Source of the DNA: Octopus sinensis
Taxonomy: Eukaryota
DNA length: 64,000 nt
Reading direction: 5' to 3'
Assembly: GCF_006345805.1 (NCBI RefSeq)
Contig: NC_042997.1
Location: 160,022,001 to 160,086,000, forward strand
The notes under the pieces were generated by a model. It searched no databases. It had not been told where the DNA came from and was given only the letters and a program-made list of their open reading frames with translations. This document shows positions 1 to 12,600 of the stretch, piece by piece; the stretch's first letter is position 1; every line of letters begins with the position of its first letter. The translations under genes and the position numbers were made by a program.

Positions 1-990
1 AATTGCTACCAGAAAAGTTCATTACATCACTGTGGAATAATGAGAGACATAAATAACTAAGAATACAGTAAGACGATAGGGTGATGGAAGGACAAATGAG
101 AAAGTCTCGAAAGAGTGAAAGATGAGAATTAGGAAAAAAGTACCCATGTAATTTCAAATTTCTTGAGCATATGTCATTGAGGAATACGAATCTTTAATTA
201 TATCACTCTAATGGAGTACTATCTGTAGATAATATGAACGTCAACTGTGTTATTTTCAATGGTAACTCACTCTCACCTCTAATTTTGTGCAAGAATTTGC
301 TATTGATCACATACATGATGCCCAGGTTGTTACAAAAAATGTGAGATTAGTTGAAAAACAAAAAGCATGAGTAGTCGGCTTATATGTGGGAGCAGAAACC
401 ACACCATGACAAATATGTGACACATAGCAAAGAAGCAGCTGTTGACCAGAAGCTACCCATTAGTGGCTACGAAGCTCAGGGCTAAAAGTAGAGAGCAAGG
501 CTTCCTCTTAGCTACTCAAGATCAAAGCATATTGGCCCGGTACTACAGACCCAATGCGATGTAAAATGGAGTAGATTCAAAATGCTGATTCTGCAAGGAT
601 GTGATTGAAACAGTTGACTAGCTAAGCTCTGGATGTAGTCTCAGCACCAGTAGAGTATAAATCAGGACATAACAGAATTGGTCAATATCTACATTGGTTG
701 ATATGTCGGCATAATAAAATTAAAACTGCTGACAAGTGGTATAATCCCCACCCTGAAGTTGTTACTAAGGTAAAAAAAAAAAATGTAACGATACTTGGGG
801 ACTTTCCATTATATACAGACCGAACCATCGTACCTAATAAAGCGGATATTATAGAAGAAAAAAACAATTATGTCTGTTTATTGATCGACATGAGTATTCC
901 CTGTGATAATATCTCGGAAAAAGAATACGCAAAGCTCAGAAAATATAAAGGTTTGCTCATTGAAATTGAAAATATAGTATTTCAAAGCGG
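1..990 (+). mobile_element. Degenerate R4/Dong-clade non-LTR retrotransposon fragment (3' part, restriction-like endonuclease)
   Basis: ORF 698-1120 has NKADII...LLIDMSIPCD...KLRKY (PD..D..K REL motif), resembling the intact REL ORF at 47613-48299. Upstream sequence is heavily decayed. Confidence 0.7.
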
Positions 991-1647
991 TTACCTTCGA
1001 ACGACTTTTCCAAGCATTTTGGCATTTAAACCTTGTTGCCACTCTAATTTAATAAGAAGCACGTATTATTTTAGAGAGAGAGAGAGAAGTTGGTCATATA
1101 AACGTTATGTAATAATATGATATTAGGAATAAATATGAATTGCGTTCCATCCGTAGATTATTCTTCCATTTATTAAATTTTGTTTAAAAACAAGTTACTT
1201 CGGGGAGACCTAGCATTTTTCCAAATAGACATACTGGGAGAGACATTGATTTAAACCAGTGTTCCGCACAATACAAACCGAAAGGTAGCCCTTATGTGGT
1301 TGGTAGACGTCTTAGAAATAACAACTAAATCGCTTTCAATCAAGCATCCTGCTGTCTTAGGAAAAATGACGAGGTTAGGCAGATATACATTACAGATTTA
1401 AGATAAGATGACATGACTACCTATTAAATGATTATAAGAATAATTATTTCAGGACATGCGTAATGTGATCCAAAATGAACCTTTACGTCGTTGCTTGACC
1501 GATAAAAAATGGCAGCAGTCCGATAACATCTTCAATAAGAAAAAGACACACATGTAAGACGCTTTTCCTACAAGTGTGTTTATCAAGGGTTGAAAGAAAA
1601 TTAGTATTACGCACAACACACACAGTAGTAAGATCTGGATTACTCAC

Positions 1648-1980
1648 GGGCTTGTAACAGGATGTAAATACTGTTTGCAGGAATATCAATGAATGATGAG
1701 GCACCAGGTAGTTGCTTGATTTTACGCAGGATACATACTTTCTCGGAAACGCTGTAAATAATCATACCACATTCGGAATATGTCGCACAAAGAGACAAGC
1801 ACTCAGTTTGTGATTGGCTGTTTGACATCTTAATCAACTTGTCAGCTTCTGGAATGGCAGTTACAGGTGGTGGAACATGAATTCCATAATATTCTCTGCA
1901 GGCTACATTACTGTCCACGCATACAAATAGCACTGAGAATGTAATTACGTGAAGATTTCCTCTTCGAATATCGTGACTCA
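1648..1980 (-). CDS. PAN/apple-domain exon of downstream paralog (gene B) of the PAN + C-type lectin family; remaining exons lie left of the window
   Basis: 333-nt open exon; ttcccag acceptor-like site ending at 1981 and GTGAGT donor at 1647 (phase 1). Hydrophobic N-terminus, then ECLSLCATYSECGMIIYSVSEKVCIL (4-Cys PAN pattern). About two-thirds amino-acid identity to 55618-55280. Confidence 0.8.
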
Positions 1981-2203
1981 CTGGGAAGTAATTAGCACTT
2001 CACACGGTTTACGAGTAAGGGAATGATTATTACTTCTCGCACAAAATAGATTTCTTGTCTCTTTTATTTCGTATTGAATAATCTTCTCGTTTGTATTTCT
2101 CGCTTTCTGTTTTTTATAATTGAAGTGAAAATGTTTCCACAAACAAATCGAAAGGCGTGACACTCTAATTAACTACTACTAAACGCTCTGCAATATATAT
2201 AAA

Positions 2204-2349
<146 letters not shown>

Positions 2350-2465
2350 TAAATTAGAGACAAAACCACTATTAGGCAAATCAAACAATGAAAGACTTAA
2401 GCCAATACATAAATTAATTTATATTATTTAAATATGTAACAATTATTAAAAAATATAATTAATAT

Positions 2466-2528
2466 CCACTACGATCGTTTCCTGGCTACTGTCATCAAAT
2501 TTTTGAGTCGCAGTCATTCATCAGGTGG
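2466..2528 (-). ncRNA. Type I hammerhead ribozyme motif, stem II damaged (HHR-1)
   Basis: Minus strand: CCAC-CTGATGA-[ATGACTG...CAGTAGCCAG]-GAAA-CGATCG-TA-GTGG. Stem I CCAC/GTGG, palindromic stem III, GUA site, A.G mismatch at 10.1/11.1. Confidence 0.65.
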
Positions 2529-2707
2529 TTTCAAATTTTTCTTGGCGAGTTTTAATTGAGTAGTTGAATGAATTATCTTATTATGGATAATTTGGTTAAT
2601 CGATACCTGGGTAGCAAATTCACGTCAGAAAAACACGGTTGAAGCTACATGCCTTGGGCGGAGATCACGTGTTATCGTGTGGAAATTTGTGTGTTTCTTT
2701 AATACAA

Positions 2708-2938
2708 ATAAATGAAAGAATGGAGTTGAACGACTGCCCACACGGAGCTATGGGCTCCGTGTGGGCAGTCATCCAAAAGTTTTTGTGCATCTTGATGCTG
2801 TCATAAGTTCCTGTTTTTCCTGATGAGAAGGCGACATAATGCACTCTTTATTCCTTCGAAATTAGGAATATGCAGCCGTCGAAACATATGTCGAAAATAA
2901 AGGAATTTTGTTAATTTGTCGTTCAACTCCATTCTTTC

Positions 2939-2944
<6 letters not shown>
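2708..2944 (+). mobile_element. 237-bp cassette with perfect 27-bp inverted termini, a 17-bp GC hairpin and a hammerhead; probable non-autonomous Penelope-derived or retrozyme-like element
   Basis: 2708-2734 is the exact reverse complement of 2918-2944. Hairpin 2732-2748/2754-2770. HHR at 2815-2897. Ends in (TA)n. Confidence 0.6.
2815..2897 (+). ncRNA. Type I hammerhead ribozyme, canonical core (HHR-2)
   Basis: TTTTC-CTGATGA-G...C-GAAA-CATATG-TC-GAAAA. 5-bp stem I; G10.1-C11.1; long stem II (GA.GGC/GCC.TC, TGCA/TGCA, TATTCCT/AGGAATA); palindromic stem III; GUC site after 2892. Confidence 0.85.
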
Positions 2945-2996
<52 letters not shown>

Positions 2997-3270
2997 TTGT
3001 GTATGTGTGTGTGTGTGAGAGAGGGAGAGAGTGTGTGTGTGTGTGTGTCTATGTGTGTGCGGCCGTGTGTATGTGCGTTCATGTACGAGTGCATACGTCT
3101 GTATGCCTGCGTAGGCGTGTATACATACCCACAAGTTTGTACCTGCTGTATAGAGCGGTTGCAACAGATGGAATATCTTTCGGTCTTTAAACACAATAAC
3201 ATATAAAAGCATACTTATTTATATGCACTTAAATTATATATATATATATATATATCTCATTAACCATTCT

Positions 3271-3623
3271 GGCGCAGGAATGGCTGTGTGGTAAGTAGCT
3301 TGCTTACTAACCATATGATTCCGGGTTCATTCCCACTGCGTGGCACCTTGGCGACCAAAGACTTCTGAGTGAATTTGGTAGACGAAATCTGAAAGAAGCC
3401 CGTCGTATATATGTGTATATATATATATGTATATATGTGTATATGTTTGGTGGTGGTGCGTTTGCCCCCCACCCCCACCCCAACATCGCTTGACAACCGA
3501 TCAGGGTGTGTTTACGTCCCCGTAACTTACAAAGAATAAGTCCTGGGGTCGATTTGCTCGACTAAAGGCGGTGCTCTAGAATGGCCACAGTCAAATGACT
3601 GAAATAAGTAAAAGGGTAAGAGT
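3271..3623 (+). mobile_element. tRNA-derived SINE (Octopus OR/OK-like family)
   Basis: A-box-like TGGCTGTGTGGTAAG, B-box-like GGTTCATTCCC, internal TA/TG microsatellite, AAGAGT tail. Same family at 30212, 51846 and 53110. Confidence 0.85.
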
Positions 3624-3627
3624 ATAT

Positions 3628-3709
<82 letters not shown>

Positions 3710-3878
3710 GGGTGTGCGTGATTGTGTATAGAAGAATATATTAATAAAAGGAATTCCAACCTTGTCTGATTTTCACCTTTTATTTACAATCTTATCTTAT
3801 ATTATAATGATATAATATAATATAATATAATATAATAAAATAAAATAAATTAATAGAATGTTAAATGTTCTTTCTGAT

Positions 3879-3923
3879 TGAAATAGTACTTTCATGCATT
3901 AAATTATGCAATCTTCAGGTTCA
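3879..3923 (-). ncRNA. Minimal type I hammerhead motif, partly decayed (HHR-3)
   Basis: Minus strand: TGAAC-CTGAAGA-TTGCAT AATTTA ATGCAT-GAAA-GTAC-TA-TTTCA. Stem II TGCAT/ATGCA; mismatches at the base of stems I and II. Confidence 0.55.
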
Positions 3924-4468
3924 TGTAGAAGTGGTGACAGTCATGCTTCACAATTTTTGACTGTAGCCAGATGGTTAAATCTGTGTCTTAAATACACCTG
4001 TATAGGCTCCAGATTGCCAGGCTTTGCAAACTGTATTCTGACCAATCAGTGTGTAGCATCACTCAATTACTTAAGCTGATTGGTTTATGCGTCACGCTTT
4101 GTTGAACATGTCAAGAGTCCTGTATCTTAACCCTGGCCGAGGCAGCAATTGTTGGGCTATCTTTAGAAATCTTGAAAATAGCTTTAATCAGGGATTTTTA
4201 TATTTCAATTGTCAGTACCTTAATTGTTGTTGCTAGTGGTGATGGTGGTACCAATAGATCTTTTAACCCTAAATAAGATAATTTTCCTGCTATCTTCATC
4301 TTGATCACCTTTAGTATTGTTGTTGTTGTTAGTGGTCATGGTCGTAGCAGTAGAAGTAGTACCTCTAAGTATTATTATTATTATTGTTTATTTAACTTGG
4401 GTTCGAATTTATCAATAAAATTCTTTTCTCTGATTTTCCTCTCGATTTCAAGGTTGGAATTCCTTTTA

Positions 4469-4498
<30 letters not shown>

Positions 4499-4502
<4 letters not shown>

Positions 4503-5152
4503 TTTGATTTTTGATTTTTCCAGTTTCAGCTAATGAGCTGTGGCCATGCTGGGGCACCGCCATTTGGTTTGCTACACGGGTTTACCTCACGGATGCTTTT
4601 TAGCAAACGCCATCTGATGCATGAGAGAGCTCGATGCAGCTGCCCTCATCTGCACCTCCTGCCGTGAAGTTGGTTCATCCGGGACACCTGACAGGAAGAG
4701 ATCCAGTCCTACTTTAAAGACATCCGCATCTACACCATGCAGGTCCCTCAGGTTCTTCGGGAGGACATTGAAGAGCCGTGGGCCTCTGAAGCCCAGGCTA
4801 TCACAATATCTTGTCGTACACCTTGATGGCAAATTTGGAGTCCTTGGTACTACGCAGTGGCGTCCGGTTCTGGCGTTTGTGTGACTCTCGATGCCAAAGT
4901 CTGGGACAAGACCTTCCAGGATCTTCCAGATATATATTATGGCATATCTTTCTCGCCTACGCTCCAGGGAATAGAGCTTTAATCTCTTGAGTCTCTCCCA
5001 GTAGCTCGTATGCTGCACAGAGGCTATCTTCTTTGTGTAGCTTCTTTGGATCGCCTCAAGTTCTGTGATCAACTTGACACTGGATGGTGACCATAGCTGA
5101 GAGCAATAGTCAAAGTGGCTTAGGACAAGTGTCTTCCAGAGGACCATCATGG
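4499..5152 (-). mobile_element. CR1-like LINE, 5'-truncated 3' end
   Basis: ORF 4587-5150 (YCSQLWSP...LEAIQR...LYSLERRRER...GPRLFNVLP) is the post-RT C-terminus of CR1/L2-group ORF2; short AATCAA-type tail. Confidence 0.85.
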
Positions 5153-5264
5153 TTTCTTGTTCTCTTGTTCTAAAGGTTCTAAGAATCCATCCAGCCAGCC
5201 GTATATATATATATATATATCAATTAAATGGTGGGGTTGTGTTGACCGCACGTGGAGAAATGAT

Positions 5265-5985
5265 AGGCAACGAAAAATTATAAAAAAGCAGAATGCTAAA
5301 TTGAATGTAAATTTTAATGAAAATGGGTTTATGGATAATTTGAAAAAAAAAATTTTTAAATATATATTGAATCAAATCGGTTTTCGTCGCAATGCGACTT
5401 TTCAAGAATTGTAAGGTGTGAAGAAGTTTTTTTCTTATAATTAAGGAGGGGGAAAAAAGAAAATTACATTGTTTTTTGCAAAAAAATAATAAACATATAC
5501 AAAAATTAAAAAATAGGTACACCGTTACATTGTAGTCTTTGTGTATCTGGAGTTCAATGATAGTTCTTGGAAAAATTACCTTGGAGGATTAAGATCCATA
5601 TGATTAAATCCGTGTGGTGTTTAATTTAGGATGTTTCTTAAATGCATGTCAAAGCAGGAAATGGGGTAGGAGTTATCCAGTTCCTGTGAGTAAGGGGAGA
5701 CAACTCTGTAGATTTTTATGCTCTTCAATTGGGATTATCAATTTTTTATAAGATAGGATGTTAAAAGACCTTAAATTATAAAATTATCATTTTTTATATA
5801 ATTGTTTTTATATAATTATCTTTAATATTATAAAATATAATAATTCTTTATATAATTATCTTTTTTTATATAATTGTTTGCTAACTTAACATTCAGATTT
5901 TAACACTTTATTTATATTGTTTTCTAATTATATAAATTTACATAAATTAATTTATAATTTCATTTCAGATTCTTATGTCATATAC

Positions 5986-6047
<62 letters not shown>

Positions 6048-8125
6048 TGATGATGATGATAAATAAAGTATATAAGTTTTAGCTTGAAGTTATAACTGCA
6101 TGATATCCTTATATATTTCCATTAGTCCATCCGTGAAGAATGAGGTAGAAAAAGGAAGTATGATTATCATGGAGTTTGCATATTAAGATGCGTTTTGAAT
6201 TTATCAATAAAAAGATTCTCCTTGTTAATTCTTTCTTGTGTAGTGATTCCGTCTTTACATTGGTAGAAGGGTAATATGTAAAATTTGGGATTTTTGTCTT
6301 TAGCGCACGAGTCTAAGTGGCTACTTAGTGGAATTTTATGGTATTCTGGGAGAGATATTTGTTTTTATGGACCGCTACTCTTTTACGTAAACGGAGGCTC
6401 GTTTGTCCAACATAATTATTTTGGCAACCGGCGCATGTGAGAACGTAGATGAGGTTCTCGGAGGAACAGGAGAAGTTGGTCTTGATTTTAAACTTTGTTC
6501 CTTGTTTGAAGAAAAATTCAGAGCCTTCAAGTAGGAAGGGACTGGTGCCACAGTTTGGGCGTGCACATTTTTTAACTGATGGGGGTGGATGTGGTGTGTG
6601 AAGTTTGGCATTTGTCAAGAGCTTTTTCAAAGATTTATGTTGCCATTTACATTTGAGGATTTTGTGTGTATTTATAATGTTTTTCAATTTTGGGTCTGTA
6701 GACAGTAGAGTAAGGTTTTGAATGATTATGGTTTAAGCTTCGATATTTCTGGGGTTGTGGGTGGAAATGTATGGAAGTATTTTGAGGTTGTGTGTGTTGT
6801 TAGATTGGGTGGTTTTCAGTTGTCTAGTTCTTTGGCACGTTTTATTCCATACTCTATAAGGGTGGAGGGATATTGGCGTTGTAATATAGTTTTATTTTTG
6901 AGGTCTTGAAGGCGTATTTCTCCAGTTTTTGGATCCGAGACAATGGTGCATACCATTTTAGCTAAGTTGAAAAGGATATTTATCTTGGTGTGTTTTGGTT
7001 GGCATGAGCTAAAGAGGAGGTATTGTTGTGAGTCTGTAGGTTTGTGGTAGATGTCTGTTATGATTTGGTTCTTAGGTGTTTTTATAATTAGGAGATCAAG
7101 GAAAGGGAAATGTTGTTTGCTGAATTCCATACTGAATTGGATGTTGGGATGTATGTTGTTCAGTATGGTTTTGAATTCCAGAAGCTTTTCATAAGATTCT
7201 TTCCATATGATGAAACAATCATCCAAATACCTTTTCCAGTTTTTCATTAGGTAGATGTGGAAAACGTGTCCAAATTTCTGGCGTGATATCTCATAGAGTG
7301 ATAGTTCGAAGAAGCTTATTATGAGGTTCACAAGGACTGGTGCAGCATTGATACCTTTTGCAATACCACATTTTTGACGGTAGTGTGTGTTATCGAAGAG
7401 GAAATAATTGTTTGTCAGAATGAACATGGGTGATTCCGTAAAGAAGGTCATATGAATGCGGGCAGGGGATGCCTCTGTGTGTTTTTCTAGCCAGAAATCA
7501 ATTTCCTCAATACCATATTCATGTGGGATGTTAGTGTAGAGGTTGATGACATCAAAGGACACCAGAAGCGCCTCCTCGCTAACTGTTTTCGGGAGGTGTT
7601 TGAGCATGTTCAGATCATCCCTAATGAAACTTTTGATGTGAGTAAGGAAAGGTTTCAAAAGGATGTCTAGGAAATTACTCAAGCGGTGTGTTTCACAGGA
7701 GGTGCCAGCCACGATAGGCCTTAGTTTTAGGTCCTCCGGTGCCTTGATGTTGATGTGGGTGTCAGAGGAGAATTTGAAGGATTCGGTGAGGTATTTGTTT
7801 TTATGGACTTTAGGAAGGCCATAAAAAAGCCTAGGCTTGCATTTGAAATTGGTGATATAATCCCTTTCTTTTTCTGTGAGTCCTTGGCCGTGTTGGAGTA
7901 TGGGGGTGGTGAGGTTTTTGATTATTTTTTGTTATTTATAGTTGTTACTAACCTCATAGAAAGTATTGTTGTTTAGCATGGAAAGCACTAGGTGTTTATA
8001 AAACTCCGTGTCCATAAGGACCACAGAGCTCCCTTATATATATTAAAAAAAAAATTTTTTTAATTTTCCATACACCCATTTTCTTTAAAATTTACCTTCA
8101 TTTACTTTTTTATAATTTTTCGTTG

Positions 8126-8130
<5 letters not shown>
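5265..8130 (-). mobile_element. Penelope-like element (RT + GIY-YIG), disrupted, with about 100-bp inverted terminal copies
   Basis: ORF 6816-7712 RT (SFDVINLY, YLDDCF) and ORF 6325-6687 GIY-YIG (IYVLTC...NYVGQT...RKRVAVH). 5265-5367 and 8030-8130 are diverged inverted repeats. Confidence 0.9.
5368..5411 (-). ncRNA. Decayed hammerhead in the Penelope 3' pseudo-LTR
   Basis: Minus strand: CAATTC-TTGAAAA-GTCGC ATT GCGAC-GAAA-ACCGAT-TT-GATTCA. Perfect stem II and GAAA, but two core substitutions; presumably inactive. Confidence 0.45.
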
Positions 8131-8164
<34 letters not shown>

Positions 8165-9504
8165 TGTTAATTCGAGGAAGTTAGATCCACATTAAGCATT
8201 ATATAACCCAAAATATTCTACTGGTTAATCACTATCATATAAGGAGAAAGTCTCTTCCATATGATAGGGGTTTTTGCAGTAATAATTATCATTATCATTG
8301 AAAAAAAGAAGAAACTGGAGAAAGATGGAGGAATGAATAATTTAGTTATATGATATAAAGATGTTGAAAGTTTTAAAAACATAACAATACAAATAAATTA
8401 TAAGTTGTAAAGCTCAGAAGGAAAATGAGAGGTGTGAAAAATCTACATATATGTTTCAGTTTAACCTCTAGTTGATATGCAATTATAAGTATTTTGGTTA
8501 TAAGCTCAGAAAGGTATCATATCTAACTATATTTGATAGAATTTCTTCAGGGTTCATATGAGCTTAAAGAATTAAGGTTAACATTTTTCTTTGAAGGATG
8601 TATAGAGAATATTAATGAGTTTAAGAAGTTAGATCCTATATATAATCTACGTGTATCTAGTTGGTGAGTATTAGATATTAGTGAAGATGCCATTTAGTAC
8701 AAATTAATGTAAATAAAAAATAAAAATAGAAAACAAAAATAAAAATAACCTAAAATAATAAGGGTAAAGAAAGATAAGAATGAGAAAAGTAAAATCAATG
8801 ATAAATAGAAATTTAAAAAAAATGTATGTAAAATATAAATAAAAAGAAAATATAGATAGGTGAAAATGTAAAAAATAATATATTTAGTAAAAATTTAAAT
8901 AAGAAGAAAAAATATATGTAGTATAAAATCTAAATAAGAAGAATTATTATATAGTATAAAATCTAAATAAAAAGAAAAGTAATAATACTTAAGTATGCAA
9001 GGGAACAAATTATCTTATAAAAGAAATGAAGGATAGGTTAGATGAAAAAAATATTACTAGTCGGTTGTATATAAAAATAAATTATTTCTATTGGTTTGGT
9101 AACAGATACAGTTCAGGAAAGCTATACATGAGTAACGATCTCATTAATGGTGGTTGTTGGAGGGGGAAAACACAGGCACACAAATACATACATACCTACA
9201 AACATAAATATGTGTGTGTATGTATGCATACATATATGTATATAAGTGTGTGTGTATGTATACATACACATATGATGAAATGTATACAAATATATTCGTA
9301 CATAAACACATGCATATATCAACACAATTTATATAGTTATAATTACATATATAGAACCTGTGTCAAAGATATTTTTAATAAATACTATTAGAAAATATAA
9401 GTCAATAAGGTTAGGTTTTGGGGAGTTTAATGTTTAGAAGTTTCCGATATGTTAGGAAAGGAAAAATTGAACAGGGGGTAAGGAAAACAAAACTATCACT
9501 TTTT

Positions 9505-10130
9505 TTCTCTCTAGTTTTAGCTCGGATCTGCGGCCATGCTGATGCACCGCCGTTTTGCTACACTATTATTACTAAGAACCTCCTGTACTATGTGGCACTT
9601 GCTGAAGATGGAGTTTGATATAGCTACCCTCATTTGTACCTCTTGGCGTGAGGTAGGTTTATCTGGGACTCTCGACAGGAAGAGGTCCAGCTTTGATTTA
9701 AAAGCCCCTACATCTACTTTGTGCAAGTTCCTCAAACTTTTTGGGAGAATATTAAAAAGCTGTGGGCCCTTGAAACCAAGGCTGTTGCAGTAACTGGTCC
9801 TGAAGCGTGATGGCATTGCTGGGATCTTTGGCACTATGCAGTGTCGTCCCGTTCTGGCATTGGTGTAGCTTTCAATGTCAACATTTGGCACAATTCCTTC
9901 CAGGATCTTCTAGATATATATTACTTCCTGGGAATAGAATCTTAGCTGTTTCAACCTTTCCCAGTGGCCGAGCTGTTACAAAGAGACGATCTTCTTTGTG
10001 AATCTTCTCTGGATTGCTTCAAGGTCCGCTGTTAATTTCTCACTGGTGGGTGACCATAGCTGTGAGCAGTAATCCAGGCGGCTGAGGACGAATCTCCACC
10101 AGTGGACCATCATGGTTTCCTTATCTCTGG
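9505..10130 (-). mobile_element. CR1-like LINE 3' fragment (same family as 4499-5152)
   Basis: ORFs 9517-9891 and 9976-10167 are homologous to 4587-5150, with frameshifts. Confidence 0.85.
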
Positions 10131-10639
10131 TGTTTACAAAGAAAATTCCGAAAATGATATTCGCCATCTGTATAGCACATTCGATCTAGCACATGGAGCT
10201 TCATCAGAGTGAATACAAATATAAAAAATAATAAAATAAAATAAAATAAACGAAAGGAAGAGGAAAGAACAGAGCCTCGAGATGAGGCCAGAAAGCTCAA
10301 TTCATACCATTTGAAGTCGATAGGCAAATGAGGGAACTGCCAAATGGGCTAGAGAAAAATTTTGGGGCTATCTCTTTATGTAGGGGTTGAAGAGTGTATA
10401 AATAGTAGTAGGATAAAACTAGTGCTAAAGTAAAACAGGAATTGCCAATGTGTCTAGAAAACAAATAGTACTTATGATATGGTAAACAGAGCAAATAAAT
10501 ATTTATCCAAAAGCAAACCCGTAGAGCTTTTACAATGGTGTACATACTAAAATATTCTAGAGACTAAACACCTGTTATCCGGAATGGAAATGACCAAAGT
10601 ACTGCAATCTCTACAAATGATCAAGTATATTTAAACCAA

Positions 10640-12110
10640 GGACAAGGTAAGAACGTTGCAATGGTTGACGTAGGTAAAGAAGAAAAATGAAGCAGTAACT
10701 AAAAATGTGGGGGGGAGTCTATGTCATAAGTAGCAAGAGGCCGCTTATGCTAGCCAAAAATCGGCTGCGAGCTGATACAGTTTAATACTGGATGTTCCGG
10801 TCGCTGATCTCTTATATACAACCACTGTATAACACTATCAGCTAGAAGGCCAATTTTCTCTTAACATGTACGGGCAGTGGATACTTGCCATTGATGGCGC
10901 TGAAAAAAAACCCAGTAGAAATCCAGATTTTGAAACATCAGCACCTACTGAACGAGTTTCACCTGTTGCTGTTATATATTTGTCCTGATTTAAAAACTAT
11001 ACATATATGTCAGATGCTTTCTCCAGACGAAAATGCAGAGAGCTGGTGAAATGTAAAATACATTTGTTCGATACGCTACGCAATGTAAAATGGAGCCTGC
11101 ATTTCGATGGTGAACATTGATGGAAGTGAATATCAAGCAGTTGTCATCAAGACTGAAACAAGTGAAATCAAGCTGGCTGCTCTGAAGCTGTGTGATGGCA
11201 AGGCTGAGATCATTGCAGAAGGACTGAAAAGCATCTTGGACGAATTTCATTTATGGGGCGCAATCCGAATGATTATTGCTGATACAGTGAGTGTGAATAC
11301 AGGACGAAAGAGGGGGCTAGTGGCTAGACTGCAGTGAGTGTTCTTGAGCAAAGGCTATGACAAGCCTCAATTCATGAGCTGCCAGCATCATGTATTGGAC
11401 ATAATTCAGCGCGTTGTTATGGACGAGGAGCTAGCAGGCGCAAGCAATTCACTCAGCATCTAATATTTTTTGTCAAATAACTCAAGGCTCCTTCCAGAAT
11501 GGAACTCATGTTATTGAAGATCAAGGTAGCTGGGGAGATATTATGAAGTTTCTGTTCCACTTAACCCATGCCATCAATTTTAAAAATTTCGAACATCAGT
11601 AATGGCAGATGGAATTCGCTAGCAATATTAACCCTTCTTGCAATTTTTTCTCATGCCACATGTGAGTGAAAGATTGCAGATGGTCTGCCACTTCATCTAA
11701 TATAACCGGGTGGACCACTGGTTCAGTGACCAAATGTATAGAACTGAAGATTATGCAGAACTATCGCAAACCTTGCTATCCTACAAGACTGCTTGCTTTG
11801 AAATGCATGATAAATACCTGGAAACAAGAGCCATTTAAAAATTAAACATCAGCAGAAGCAATCAATTTTGTGAACGAGCAATTAAGGTCATGCAAGAACT
11901 ACATGCCACGTGCAAGAACAAAGCCAACTTGCCATTGCCTTTTATTTTCTTAAATTTTTTTCCATGACTTGACTATTGACTAATATGACTTTATATGATT
12001 TATATTCTTTTGATTTCTCTAGAATGCAAAATACAGTTCTTTTAACAGTTATGGATGAAAGATTTTGGATCTTTATCCTTTTTTTTGTTTATTGTTTAAC
12101 CAGCCGAGTA
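10640..12110 (+). mobile_element. Decayed DNA transposase remnant, hAT-like (possibly hATm)
   Basis: IIADTVSVNTGRKRG catalytic-Asp region followed in frame, past a stop, by SCQHHVLD (CxxH motif). Termini not identified. Confidence 0.55.
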
Positions 12111-12290
12111 TAAAAATTTCAAAGTTAGTCATGGGTTAACTTTTTGTTCAAATACAAAACAACATTGACTTTCATTGTTTTCTGGCAAAAGCTCACCAGA
12201 ATTGGATACTGATCTATGGAGCTGCAAAAATATTTGTAACACTGATATATGCCTTATATATATATATATACAAATATACAGATGCATAAA

Positions 12291-12383
<93 letters not shown>

Positions 12384-12387
<4 letters not shown>

Positions 12388-12600
12388 AAAATGTGGCAAG
12401 AACGCAAAACATCCAGAAAGTTAGGTGATACAAGAAATGGACAACAAAACATCCAGATAGACGATACAAAGAAAACAAGGACGGATCATTCGGAGTGTTC
12501 TTTCCGCAGTCGAGTTCCAGATTATCTTTGCAATTTCGGCTGGTTATACTCTGAGTTTGCTCCGATCTGGCCAGCTCCAAGGAAAATCTAATCAAAGAAC
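12384..12600. repeat. Dispersed non-coding repeat adjacent to (TA)n; second copy at about 14995-15180
   Basis: Homologous segments (CAAGAACGCAAAACATC...CAGTCGAGTTCCAGATTATCTTTGCAATTTC) at both sites. Confidence 0.75.

Noticed and set aside
3271-3340. tRNA genes at SINE 5' ends
   Set aside because: A/B-box-like motifs are present but there is no full cloverleaf, and they continue into SINE bodies.
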